From the NCBI GenBank assembly GCA_038883855.1, contig JAVZLH010000017.1, positions 1 through 18,900 of the forward strand: a DNA stretch of 18,900 nt, written 5' to 3'. The notes beneath the pieces are model-generated. The model saw only the letters and a program-made list of their open reading frames with translations. It was not told the origin of the DNA and ran no database searches. This document shows positions 1 to 7,692 of the stretch, piece after piece. The DNA comes from Candidatus Bathyarchaeia archaeon (GTDB lineage: Archaea; Thermoproteota; Bathyarchaeia; Bathyarchaeales; Bathycorpusculaceae). Numbering within the stretch: the stretch's first letter is position 1; each line of letters opens with the position of its first letter. The position numbers and the translations under genes are program-made.

Positions 1-1035
1 CCCAAGACCAGCTTGACCAATACCCGTGAGACCCTCTTCTTTAAGCAGTCTATTAAGAGACTTCTGCAGTTTCGCTCTCTCCTCTCTAGGCAGTGAACCG
101 AACAAAAGATTACCGCCAACGCTTCTAGTAAAAGGCGGATTCATTATGCAAATGTGGAAACTTGGAAGCTCAACAGTTTTAGCCTCCCTCTTTGAAACAC
201 TCACAACCTCTTGTCCACGAACAGCTCCACCGTGAAGCACCATATCTTGACCAAGAACAGAAGACGACAAAAAGTTGATGCTACCTAAGTATTTCTCCTC
301 ACCCAGTCTCAAAGCAAAAAGCTTTGACCCACGCACTGGAATAGGATTATGCAAAGAAAGCACAGTTGCAGCAAGATGAACCGCATGATGCAAAACATCA
401 AAACCCCATATTCCCTCCTCAACAAGATACCTATGTAAATCGTCAATTCTCAAACTTTCACTTTCAATTCTATGTCTCGCATTCATCTCCTTATAAATAG
501 CTGATAGCAACGTACCCGAACCACACGCAAAATCAACAACTCTAAAAAGTTTCCCATTATATGTTGGAGGAACACTCCTCGCATCTAAACCAGAGGGCAA
601 GTTTATTAGAAGCCTAGCCAACAACCGAGCAGCAGGAATCGACGTATAATATGTCGCATGATACTTAACCAAATTCCCCAAAAGCAGCCTATGATAAATT
701 CTACCAAAAAGGTCATGCCTAAGCAAAACCTTAGAAGACGCTATATCATAAGCCAAATTAGCCAATGACCTCAATTGTCTATCCAACACGGGACTAGCAG
801 GCATATTAACCAAAATGTCGAGGGCAATTTCAAGCACAGGCTCATAATTAATATTCTGAATTATATACCGCCAAGAATTCTCCAACTCCTTCTTCAAATT
901 CGCAGACGACATAAGCATTGAAAGTGTTGGGATATCCTTATGAAAAGCAGCTATAATCTCATGAAAAACCATAGCATCGACAAGCAGTAATCCCGCAGTC
1001 GAAACAAGCTTATGCACATCTTCCCTACTGCTCAT
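1..1035 (-). CDS. N6-adenine DNA methyltransferase (type IIG/Eco57I-like MTase moiety), 3'-truncated by window edge; not in ORF track
   Basis: Manual translation of the - strand from ATG at 1035 (MSSREDVHKLVSTAGLLLVDAMVFHEII...) stays in the same frame to base 1. It contains motif I VVDFACGSGTLLSA (~500-540) and catalytic motif IV CIMNPPFTRS (~122-151). A purine-rich SD-like GAAGGGGA lies upstream. Confidence 0.88.
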   Translation of the reverse strand, partial: MSSREDVHKLVSTAGLLLVDAMVFHEIIAAFHKDIPTLSMLMSSANLKKELENSWRYIIQNINYEPVLEIALDILVNMPASPVLDRQLRSLANLAYDIASSKVLLRHDLFGRIYHRLLLGNLVKYHATYYTSIPAARLLARLLINLPSGLDARSVPPTYNGKLFRVVDFACGSGTLLSAIYKEMNARHRIESESLRIDDLHRYLVEEGIWGFDVLHHAVHLAATVLSLHNPIPVRGSKLFALRLGEEKYLGSINFLSSSVLGQDMVLHGGAVRGQEVVSVSKREAKTVELPSFHICIMNPPFTRSVGGNLLFGSLPREERAKLQKSLNRLLKEEGLTGIGQAGLG

Positions 1036-1630
1036 CTGATTCCCCTTCTGCCTCCTTCAACTCCAAAACTTCCTTCAAACGCTCCATATTAACCGAAGTA
1101 GAAACCTTGCTCGCAAAATCATCCAAAACCTCATTCATTCTCTTAATAACAGGCCCTATAATGTCCTCCTTCACAACCCTACCATAAACACTCATCAAAT
1201 ACGTTAAAAGCTCATCAAAACTAACATCCATATACTTCTCAGATTTTGGCGCAACAGCCATCCACTTATCCAACCCAATCCTATCCACATAAGAAAGAAA
1301 ACCCACATTAAATCTACCTCTCAATAAAGCATCTCTAACATCCGACTGGTCTGGCACAAGTTTCCTTAATTTTACATCAGCGTATTCAACCATAACACAT
1401 AAATCGCAAACATTGTTATCCAGCCTTTCCTTGCATTGCTCAACCAAAACATCCCACATTCCAAGTTTCTTGCCCTCAATAACAATTCGCACTCCATTCA
1501 ACTCTATAAGAACATCAGGCTCAAGTCTTCCACACTTCTTTCTTAAAACCACTTCACCCAAAGCCTTCAATCCCTTTTCGCTCAAAAGCTCAGCCAATAC
1601 AACATTCAAGTTCTCCTCTCTCAAACTCAT
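1025..1630 (-). CDS. PD-(D/E)xK nuclease-like protein, probable restriction-endonuclease moiety partnering the downstream MTase
   Basis: 201-aa ORF with EPDVLIELNGVRIVIEGKK (PD...EGK) near the N-terminus. It overlaps the MTase start by 11 nt. Confidence 0.65.
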   Translation of the reverse strand: MSLREENLNVVLAELLSEKGLKALGEVVLRKKCGRLEPDVLIELNGVRIVIEGKKLGMWDVLVEQCKERLDNNVCDLCVMVEYADVKLRKLVPDQSDVRDALLRGRFNVGFLSYVDRIGLDKWMAVAPKSEKYMDVSFDELLTYLMSVYGRVVKEDIIGPVIKRMNEVLDDFASKVSTSVNMERLKEVLELKEAEGESDEQ

Positions 1631-1738
1631 TAAACCGCAGCCTCAATAACTAAAAGACATCACACCCTTTATAGCAATTACCTTTAACTCTGAGCGCAGC
1701 ATTCCAGAATCTTACAAAAAGAATCTTTGAGGGATAGC

Positions 1739-2296
1739 TTATACGATTACTTTGAATAGGTCAGCCTTCGTTATTATACCAATCACTTTTCCCTTTTTTG
1801 CAACAAGAACTGCAGGGTAAACATGCAACAAACTTGAAACCAGCGGCAACGGTGCATTCTCGTTAATCTGGGGAAGCGCCTCCTCCATAATTTCTTCAAC
1901 AAGCCCTTGAGACACTTGCGAGAGTTCTCTGCCAGCCGTAACCTGATTCAGTATCGTTTTTTCTGAGACGCATCCGACAACTTGTTCGCCGTCGAAAACT
2001 GGAAGCTGCGAGTAGCCGTGCTCCATCATTAAGCGAATAGCCTTAGCAATCTTGTCAGTTTTTTGAACGCCGATAACGCCTTTATGGAATATTTTGTTTG
2101 CAGTGTAATTCACTCTTGTCTCCATCTTTTCGAGCATGTCAAAAATGATTTTCACTTTGTTGTATGAAGGGTCTATTTTGCCTGATTCTATTTTCGCTAT
2201 GAAAGATTGGCTTACGCCAGCCATCTTTGCCAACTGCTTCTGGGTTAAACCCAACATTTTCCTTTTCTTCGCTATTTCGTCCAAGGATGGCAGCAT
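1739..2296 (-). CDS. XRE/Cro-type HTH + CBS-pair transcriptional regulator
   Basis: N-terminal RKMLGLTQKQLAKMAGVSQSFIAKIESGKIDP is a classic HTH_3. It is followed by two CBS motifs (GYSQLPVFDG..., GKVIGIITKADL). Confidence 0.92.
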   Translation of the reverse strand: MLPSLDEIAKKRKMLGLTQKQLAKMAGVSQSFIAKIESGKIDPSYNKVKIIFDMLEKMETRVNYTANKIFHKGVIGVQKTDKIAKAIRLMMEHGYSQLPVFDGEQVVGCVSEKTILNQVTAGRELSQVSQGLVEEIMEEALPQINENAPLPLVSSLLHVYPAVLVAKKGKVIGIITKADLFKVIV

Positions 2297-2320
2297 GGTT
2301 TTAGGCTTAGGGAGGAAGCG

Positions 2321-2366
2321 GCATATATTCTTTTTGGAATATTTTTGTCAAAAAAGTATTTTAATT
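2321..2366. promoter_or_regulatory. Back-to-back archaeal BRE/TATA promoters with inverted repeats
   Basis: The - strand reads CCAAAAAGAATATATG ~25 nt before the regulator ATG, which fits leaderless spacing. The + strand reads CAAAAAAGTATTTTAATT. Inverted repeats: ATATTC-N6-GAATAT (2325-2342) and TTTTTG-T-CAAAAA (2342-2354). Confidence 0.5.
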
Positions 2367-3903
2367 GGAATCGCCATTTGCTTCGAAAAACACTTGGGGG
2401 TGCAATACGCTCGAAAAAAGAACCGTAACCGAAATAAACGAAAAAATCAAACGCGGAGACGTTCAAGTTTTAACAGTTGAAGAAATGAAAAAACTCGTAG
2501 AAGAAAAAGGAGTGAAAAAAGCCTTCAAAGAAGTTGATGTTGTAACAACTGGAACCTTTGGAGCCATGTGCTCTTCAGGAGCAGTCATCAACCTCGGACA
2601 CTCAGACCCGCCAATAAAAATTCAAAGAGCATGGATAAACGACGTAGAAGTTTCCCATCCGGGAGCAGCAGTAGACCTGTACATTGGTGCCGCTCAAATG
2701 TCCGAAACCAAACCATTCGAATACGGCGGAGGACACATAATAGAAGATTTAATAAGCGGAAAAGAGGTGGAGCTCCGAGCAATAGCCTATGGAACTGCCT
2801 GCTATCCCAGAACCAAGATCGAAACCCTGATAAGCAAAGATGATTTGAACCAGTTTATCCTTTTAAACTTCCGCAACTGCTATCAGCGTTATGTGTGCGC
2901 AGTGAACAGCAACGACGAAATACTATACACGTACATGGGCAAACTTCTCCCCCACTTCGGAAACGCCACATTCTCAGGAGCAGGAGAACTAAACCCGCTC
3001 ATGAACGACCCAGACTACGAAACCATAGGCATCGGAACACGCATATTCCTAGGCGGAGCCCAAGGCTACGTCATAGGTGAAGGAACCCAGCACGATCCCG
3101 GAAAACAGATGGGCACCCTTATGGTTAGGGGAGACTGCAAAAAGATGAGTCCAGAATTCATCCGTGGAGCAGCCTTCACAAAGTATGGGACAACGCTTTA
3201 CGTGGGCATAGGCATACCCATCCCAATCCTAAACGAGGAAATAGCCAAAAAAGTAGCCATTCGAGACGAGGAAATCTTCGTTCCCATAGTTGATTATGGA
3301 GTTCCAAGAAGAGACCGCCCAAAGCTTAGGGAAGTCAGCTACAAAGAGTTAAAGTTTGGCAAAATAGTCATTAATGACAAGACCGTGAAAGTTAGTCCGC
3401 TTTCAAGCCTTCAAAAAGCTAAGGAAATTGCTGAAACATTGAAACATTGGATAGCGGAAGGCGCATTCTACCTCTCGGCGCCAGTTGAAAGACTACCGCT
3501 GGACACTGTCTTTAAGCCTATGAAACAGACTAAGGACATAGTTTTTGTTGAAGCCCTAATGCGCTCGGCTACCACATGCGGAGAAGATGAGTCTATTGAA
3601 AAGGTTGCAAAAAAAATCATAACTAACTCAGTCAACCACATAGTGGTTGTAGACGCTCAAGAAAAACTTAGGGGAATAATCACTTCATGGGACATAACAA
3701 GAGCTGTGGCTGAAAATAAAAAAAGCTTAACAGACATAATCATCAGAAAAGTTATAACAACAACACCAGACGAGCCTGTGGAAGCCGCCGCGAGAAAAAT
3801 GACTCAACACAACATCTCAGCCCTACCAGTAATCAATAAAGAAGGAAAAGTGTTGGGCATCATAACCTCGGAGGATGTAGCCAAACTCATAGGGGGCAAA
3901 TAA
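2365..3903 (+). CDS. Homocysteine biosynthesis protein / L-aspartate semialdehyde sulfurtransferase (DUF39 + CBS pair; MA1821/MJ0100 family); true start probably near 2407
   Basis: Family-typical N-terminus RTVTEINEKIKRG and motif VDVVTTGTFGAMCSSGA carrying the conserved Cys. Also NPLMNDPDYETIGIGTRIFLGGAQGYV and a C-terminal CBS pair. It is adjacent to a NIL-ferredoxin. Confidence 0.9.
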   Translation: MESPFASKNTWGCNTLEKRTVTEINEKIKRGDVQVLTVEEMKKLVEEKGVKKAFKEVDVVTTGTFGAMCSSGAVINLGHSDPPIKIQRAWINDVEVSHPGAAVDLYIGAAQMSETKPFEYGGGHIIEDLISGKEVELRAIAYGTACYPRTKIETLISKDDLNQFILLNFRNCYQRYVCAVNSNDEILYTYMGKLLPHFGNATFSGAGELNPLMNDPDYETIGIGTRIFLGGAQGYVIGEGTQHDPGKQMGTLMVRGDCKKMSPEFIRGAAFTKYGTTLYVGIGIPIPILNEEIAKKVAIRDEEIFVPIVDYGVPRRDRPKLREVSYKELKFGKIVINDKTVKVSPLSSLQKAKEIAETLKHWIAEGAFYLSAPVERLPLDTVFKPMKQTKDIVFVEALMRSATTCGEDESIEKVAKKIITNSVNHIVVVDAQEKLRGIITSWDITRAVAENKKSLTDIIIRKVITTTPDEPVEAAARKMTQHNISALPVINKEGKVLGIITSEDVAKLIGGK

Positions 3904-3904
3904 C

Positions 3905-4297
3905 ATGACGAGAGCCGTACTAAAGTTTTCGAAAGAGATTACAAGCGAGCCAATAACATCGCAAATAATCATCGAACATAAGACGCCAATAAACATTTTG
4001 ACAGCCCACATCGACCAGCAAGGCGGAGAAATACTTGTTGAAATACCCTCAGCGCAAGCTGAAAAAATCATCGAAGCTTTCCGTAAAAAAGGCGTAATCG
4101 TCGAACCGCACAAGCCTGTGAAAGTGGATAAAGAGGAATGCATTAGCTGCGGCGCATGTTTTTCTCTCTGCCCAGTGAACGCTATAAAAATCAATGAAGA
4201 CTTTTCAGTTACTTTCAACGACGAGAAATGTTTGGGTAGCGCCTGCAAACTTTGCGTAGACGCTTGCCCCATGAAAGCCATAAAAGTCAGCGTTTAA
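3905..4297 (+). CDS. NIL domain + 2[4Fe-4S] ferredoxin (MA1822/MJ0099-like Fe-S partner)
   Basis: N-terminal NIL-like EPITSQIIIEHKTPINILTAHI. Cys motifs CISCGACFSLCP and CLGSACKLCVDACP. Starts 1 nt after the preceding stop. Confidence 0.88.
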   Translation: MTRAVLKFSKEITSEPITSQIIIEHKTPINILTAHIDQQGGEILVEIPSAQAEKIIEAFRKKGVIVEPHKPVKVDKEECISCGACFSLCPVNAIKINEDFSVTFNDEKCLGSACKLCVDACPMKAIKVSV

Positions 4298-4313
4298 CGA
4301 AGGCAAGGATGCT

Positions 4314-5036
4314 ATGCAAGCTAGAAGTTTGTTCAAGGAAAACTTTGAATTTAAGGAGACAAGAGGCTTAATCCTATCAGACAGCAGAGAAGCCATAGCA
4401 AAAGCAATTTCTTCACTTAGAGAAAACAGAGAAAAACTTGAAAGATACATTCGCAAAAACCCAAAATTTTTCTATTCCTTAAAACCCGTTGAGGTTGATG
4501 GTGACAGCCCGTTGGTGGCTAAGATGATGGCTGAAGCTGCCGCGAAAGCTGGTGTTGGTCCTATGGCGGCTGTAGCTGGCGCTTTAGCCGATTTAGCTGT
4601 TAGAGAGATGGTTTCCGTTGGAGCGAGGGTTGCCGTTGTCGAAAATGGAGGCGAAGTTTCAGCGATTTCCGAATCGCCAATAGACATTGCCCTTCTAGCC
4701 TTAGACACGACATTATCAAGAAAGATTGGTTTTAGACTTGAAAAATTTCCAGTTGGCGTGGCAACCAGCTCCGCAACTTTCGGACACGCATTCAGTCTAG
4801 GAGAAGCAGATTCTGTTACAATATTTTCTAAAGACGCATGCCTAGCGGATGCCGCAGCCACAGCGGTCTGTAACGCTGTTAAGGGGGAAGATTGTGATTT
4901 GGCTGTAAGACATGGAATTGAAGTAGCTATGTCAATTGGCGATGTCAAAGGTGTGTTCGTAATCTTTAGGGGGAAAGTTGCAACTGCAGGGGAAATCCCA
5001 AAACTGATTAACATTACGGATGAGGTTATGGTGTAG
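4314..5036 (+). CDS. ApbE-like UPF0280 protein (MA1715-like, sulfide assimilation)
   Basis: Motifs GVGPMAAVAGALAD, VVENGGEV, GVATSSATFGHAFSLGEADSV and LADAAATAVCN. Operonic with the two preceding genes. Confidence 0.88.
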   Translation: MQARSLFKENFEFKETRGLILSDSREAIAKAISSLRENREKLERYIRKNPKFFYSLKPVEVDGDSPLVAKMMAEAAAKAGVGPMAAVAGALADLAVREMVSVGARVAVVENGGEVSAISESPIDIALLALDTTLSRKIGFRLEKFPVGVATSSATFGHAFSLGEADSVTIFSKDACLADAAATAVCNAVKGEDCDLAVRHGIEVAMSIGDVKGVFVIFRGKVATAGEIPKLINITDEVMV

Positions 5037-5094
5037 GCGTAATTTTTCATTTCCAATTGCTTGTTTTCAGTTTTTAGCTACAGCCCAATTATTT

Positions 5095-5153
5095 TGACTA
5101 TTTTTAGTCATTATTGTTATGAAAAGAAAAAATATGACCAAAAAATATTTAAG
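5095..5153 (+). promoter_or_regulatory. lysW operon promoter (BRE/TATA) with putative operator half-sites
   Basis: Perfect inverted repeat TGACTA-TTTT-TAGTCA (5095-5110). TGACCAAAAAATATTTAAG (5135-5153) includes a TATA-like TATTTAAG and matches the argG upstream element at 18/19 nt. Confidence 0.65.
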
Positions 5154-5187
5154 ATTCTGTCAAATTAATGCTTCGCCGTGAAATAAA

Positions 5188-5364
5188 ATGGAAACAGCTG
5201 CTTGCCCAGAATGCGGTGCAAAAATTGAAGTACCCGAAGACGTAACGAAAGGCGAGATAATAACTTGCCCAGACTGTGGACTTGAACTCGAAGTAAAAAG
5301 CGTAAACTCAGACTGTGTCGTAGTAGAGGAGCTGCAAATAGAAGGAGAAGATTGGGGCGAGTAG
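5188..5364 (+). CDS. lysW: LysW/ArgW amino-group carrier protein (58 aa); not in ORF track
   Basis: Manual translation: METAACPECGAKIEVPEDVTKGEIITCPDCGLELEVKSVNSDCVVVEELQIEGEDWGE*. Two CPxCG zinc-ribbon motifs, acidic composition and the diagnostic C-terminal EDWGE. Confidence 0.97.
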   Translation: METAACPECGAKIEVPEDVTKGEIITCPDCGLELEVKSVNSDCVVVEELQIEGEDWGE

Positions 5365-5365
5365 C

Positions 5366-5396
5366 TTTTTTGGCCGAGCCCCACCCAACTTTTTTT
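5366..5396 (+). terminator. Oligo-T tracts after lysW, possible partial archaeal terminator
   Basis: T6 (5366-5371) and T7 (5390-5396) in the 57-nt lysW-lysX gap. Confidence 0.4.
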
Positions 5397-5421
5397 GAAT
5401 TTAATCATCGGATGAACAAAG

Positions 5422-6618
5422 ATGAGCATTGCAATCCTTTATGAACACGCAGGAACAGATGAGATAGGAATACAACTAACCGCTCAAACGCTTGGAATAG
5501 ATTTAACTTTCATACCAGCCCGCAAAATCTCCTTCCTATTCGAAAATGGCAGCCATCAAATCAAAAGCGAGGGAAAAGATTACTTAGAAACTCTCAGAAA
5601 TGTTTCCGTTGTGCTAAACAGGGCGCAAGGCAAAAACCGCAGGCTGTATGTTGGAACAATATTTGAAGCGTTAGGGAAAAACGTCGTTAACCCATCACAA
5701 ATAGAATACGTATGCTTCAGCAAACTCAGAACACTTTTACGTTTCTGGAAAGAGAAAGTCAAGATACCCGCAACAGTCTATATTCCATGCGACCCAAAAG
5801 AAACAACAGTTGACGGACGCAAAATTTCCAACGAAAACGAAATTGCCAGCTTAATCCAACAAGAGTTAAGCAATAAACCAGTAGTGGTTAAGCCAGACGC
5901 AGGCTCCCATGGCAAAAACATCAAATTAGCAAAGGAAAGACAGGAGCTTCTAAAAATTTTAAGCGAAATCGAACCGTCCGTGATAAACCCTATTGGTGTT
6001 TTGGCGCAGGAATTTGTTCAGAAATGGTTCTTCGACTTGAGGATAATTGTTGCCAAGGAAAAGGGAAAGGCTTCTCACTGCTACCCAAAAGCGATGGCTA
6101 GAACTGGACTTAGGGATTTTAGAACAAACGCTTACTTAGGCAACATGGTTTTCGGAATAAACCTTTCCCAAAGGATAAGAGAGGAAGCTGTAAAATGCGC
6201 TGAATCCATCGCGAAAGAATGCGAAGCGTGGGTTTTAGCCCTCGACGCAATGGTAGACTTCGGAAAAGAAATGGTTATTGACAAGGAAATGCTTTCTGAA
6301 TTCGAAAAGCTAACGCCGTTATTCAACGAAATACAGAAGGTCAAAAGCAAAAAAATCACCAGAGAAAACTTTGCCAACTGGAATGAGAAGTTAGAGAAGG
6401 CTTTTCACAACTATGAGAGTTCAGAAGCCTACTGCAACATCAAAGAAACAATAGAGAAAAGCGTCAAAAGCATGGAAAACCACGTAATGTTTCATGAAGC
6501 AAACGCATGCCCAGATTTCTGGGAACAAACGAGGCTGGCGGCTGGAATCGATGTGGCAAAGCAGCTTTTAATGTGCGCCGAAAGCCTCGTTGACAAACAA
6601 ACGTGTTTAACGCATTAA
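5422..6618 (+). CDS. lysX: Atypical RimK/LysX/ArgX-family ATP-grasp ligase (probable LysW:amino-acid ligase)
   Basis: ATP-grasp motifs VVVKPDAGSHG, QEFV, DLRIIV, FRTNAYLG, LALD and HEAN. Lies between lysW and lysY. At 398 aa it is much longer than canonical LysX/ArgX (~280 aa). Confidence 0.72.
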   Translation: MSIAILYEHAGTDEIGIQLTAQTLGIDLTFIPARKISFLFENGSHQIKSEGKDYLETLRNVSVVLNRAQGKNRRLYVGTIFEALGKNVVNPSQIEYVCFSKLRTLLRFWKEKVKIPATVYIPCDPKETTVDGRKISNENEIASLIQQELSNKPVVVKPDAGSHGKNIKLAKERQELLKILSEIEPSVINPIGVLAQEFVQKWFFDLRIIVAKEKGKASHCYPKAMARTGLRDFRTNAYLGNMVFGINLSQRIREEAVKCAESIAKECEAWVLALDAMVDFGKEMVIDKEMLSEFEKLTPLFNEIQKVKSKKITRENFANWNEKLEKAFHNYESSEAYCNIKETIEKSVKSMENHVMFHEANACPDFWEQTRLAAGIDVAKQLLMCAESLVDKQTCLTH

Positions 6619-6636
6619 AATGGGGAGATTAGCAAA

Positions 6637-7689
6637 ATGAGAGTTGGTGTTGTTGGCGGTTCAGGATACGTGGGCGGAGAACTTTTGAGGCTATTATTTC
6701 TCCATCCAAAAGTGGAAATAACCGCGGTGACTTCACAAAAATACGCTGGCGAATTTCTGTTCGTTGTCCACCCAAACCTAAGAGGAGTCACTCAACTAAA
6801 ATTCACTCCTTACAATTTATCTGAAATCGGGAAAAACTGCGACTTGGTGTTCACAGCCCTACCCCATGGAACATCAGTCAAGTTTATCCCAGAACTGCTC
6901 AAAGCTGGTTTAAAAGTTATTGACATGAGCGCGGACTTTCGCCTAAAAAACCCTGAAGATTATACTAAATGGTATGGATGGAGCCACCCCATGCCAGAAT
7001 TGCTGAAAGAAGCTGTTTACGGTCTTCCAGAACTTCACAGAGAGGAAATTAAGAAGGCGAATTTGGTGGCTTGTCCCGGTTGCATGTCAACCGCAACGAT
7101 TTTGGCTCTTGCGCCGCTGGTTAAAGAGGGCTTCATAGACAATGAGAGGATAGTTGTTGACGCAAAAATTGGTTCGTCTGGAGCTGGCAACAACCCGTCA
7201 ATAGCGTCGCATCATCCTGAACGGTCTGGCGGCACAAGACCATACAAGCCAGTTGACCATAGGCATATTGCTGAAATAGAGCAAGAACTTAATTTGGTTG
7301 CGGAAAAGCCTGTTAAGGTTTCGTTTACTCCTCACGCCGTTAACATGGTGCGGGGCATACTTTCGACTGTTCACGCTTTTCTGGTTAAGAATGTGGCGGT
7401 TAAAGACGTGTGGATGGCTTACCGCGCATTGTATGAAAATGAGCCCTTCATCCGCTTTGTCCGTTACAAGAAGGGACTTTACCAGTTTCCAGACCCAAAA
7501 ATCGTGGTTGGCTCAAACTTTTGCGACATAGGCTTTGAGCTGGATTCGCGGGTTAACAGGCTTGTGGTTTTCTCCGCCATAGACAATTTGGTGAAAGGCG
7601 CCGCTGGTCAAGGAATTCAATGTTTCAACATAATGTTGGGTATTGATGAAAAAACGGGTTTGGAACATCCAGGCTTTCATCCGGTGTAG
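6637..7689 (+). CDS. lysY: [LysW]-aminoadipate/glutamate-phosphate reductase (ArgC family)
   Basis: GGSGYVGGEL Rossmann motif, DMSADFRL, VYGLPEL, catalytic CPGC and DNLVKGAAGQ. Confidence 0.95.
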   Translation: MRVGVVGGSGYVGGELLRLLFLHPKVEITAVTSQKYAGEFLFVVHPNLRGVTQLKFTPYNLSEIGKNCDLVFTALPHGTSVKFIPELLKAGLKVIDMSADFRLKNPEDYTKWYGWSHPMPELLKEAVYGLPELHREEIKKANLVACPGCMSTATILALAPLVKEGFIDNERIVVDAKIGSSGAGNNPSIASHHPERSGGTRPYKPVDHRHIAEIEQELNLVAEKPVKVSFTPHAVNMVRGILSTVHAFLVKNVAVKDVWMAYRALYENEPFIRFVRYKKGLYQFPDPKIVVGSNFCDIGFELDSRVNRLVVFSAIDNLVKGAAGQGIQCFNIMLGIDEKTGLEHPGFHPV

Positions 7690-7692
7690 AAA

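Noticed and set aside
26-235. + strand 69-aa ORF (and 1413-1649)
   Set aside because: Antisense shadows of the MTase and nuclease genes; no recognisable motifs.
3823-5056. - strand ORFs 3823-4281, 4205-4456 and 4472-5056
   Set aside because: Fully antisense to well-supported ferredoxin and ApbE-like genes.
5160-5429. - strand 89-aa ORF
   Set aside because: Antisense to lysW, which has clear family motifs; the Ser/Thr-rich translation is typical of a shadow frame.
6259-6480. Intein as the explanation for the LysX insertion
   Set aside because: Too short (~70 aa), and I see no Cys/Ser start with His-Asn/Cys-Ser-Thr splice junctions at its boundaries.
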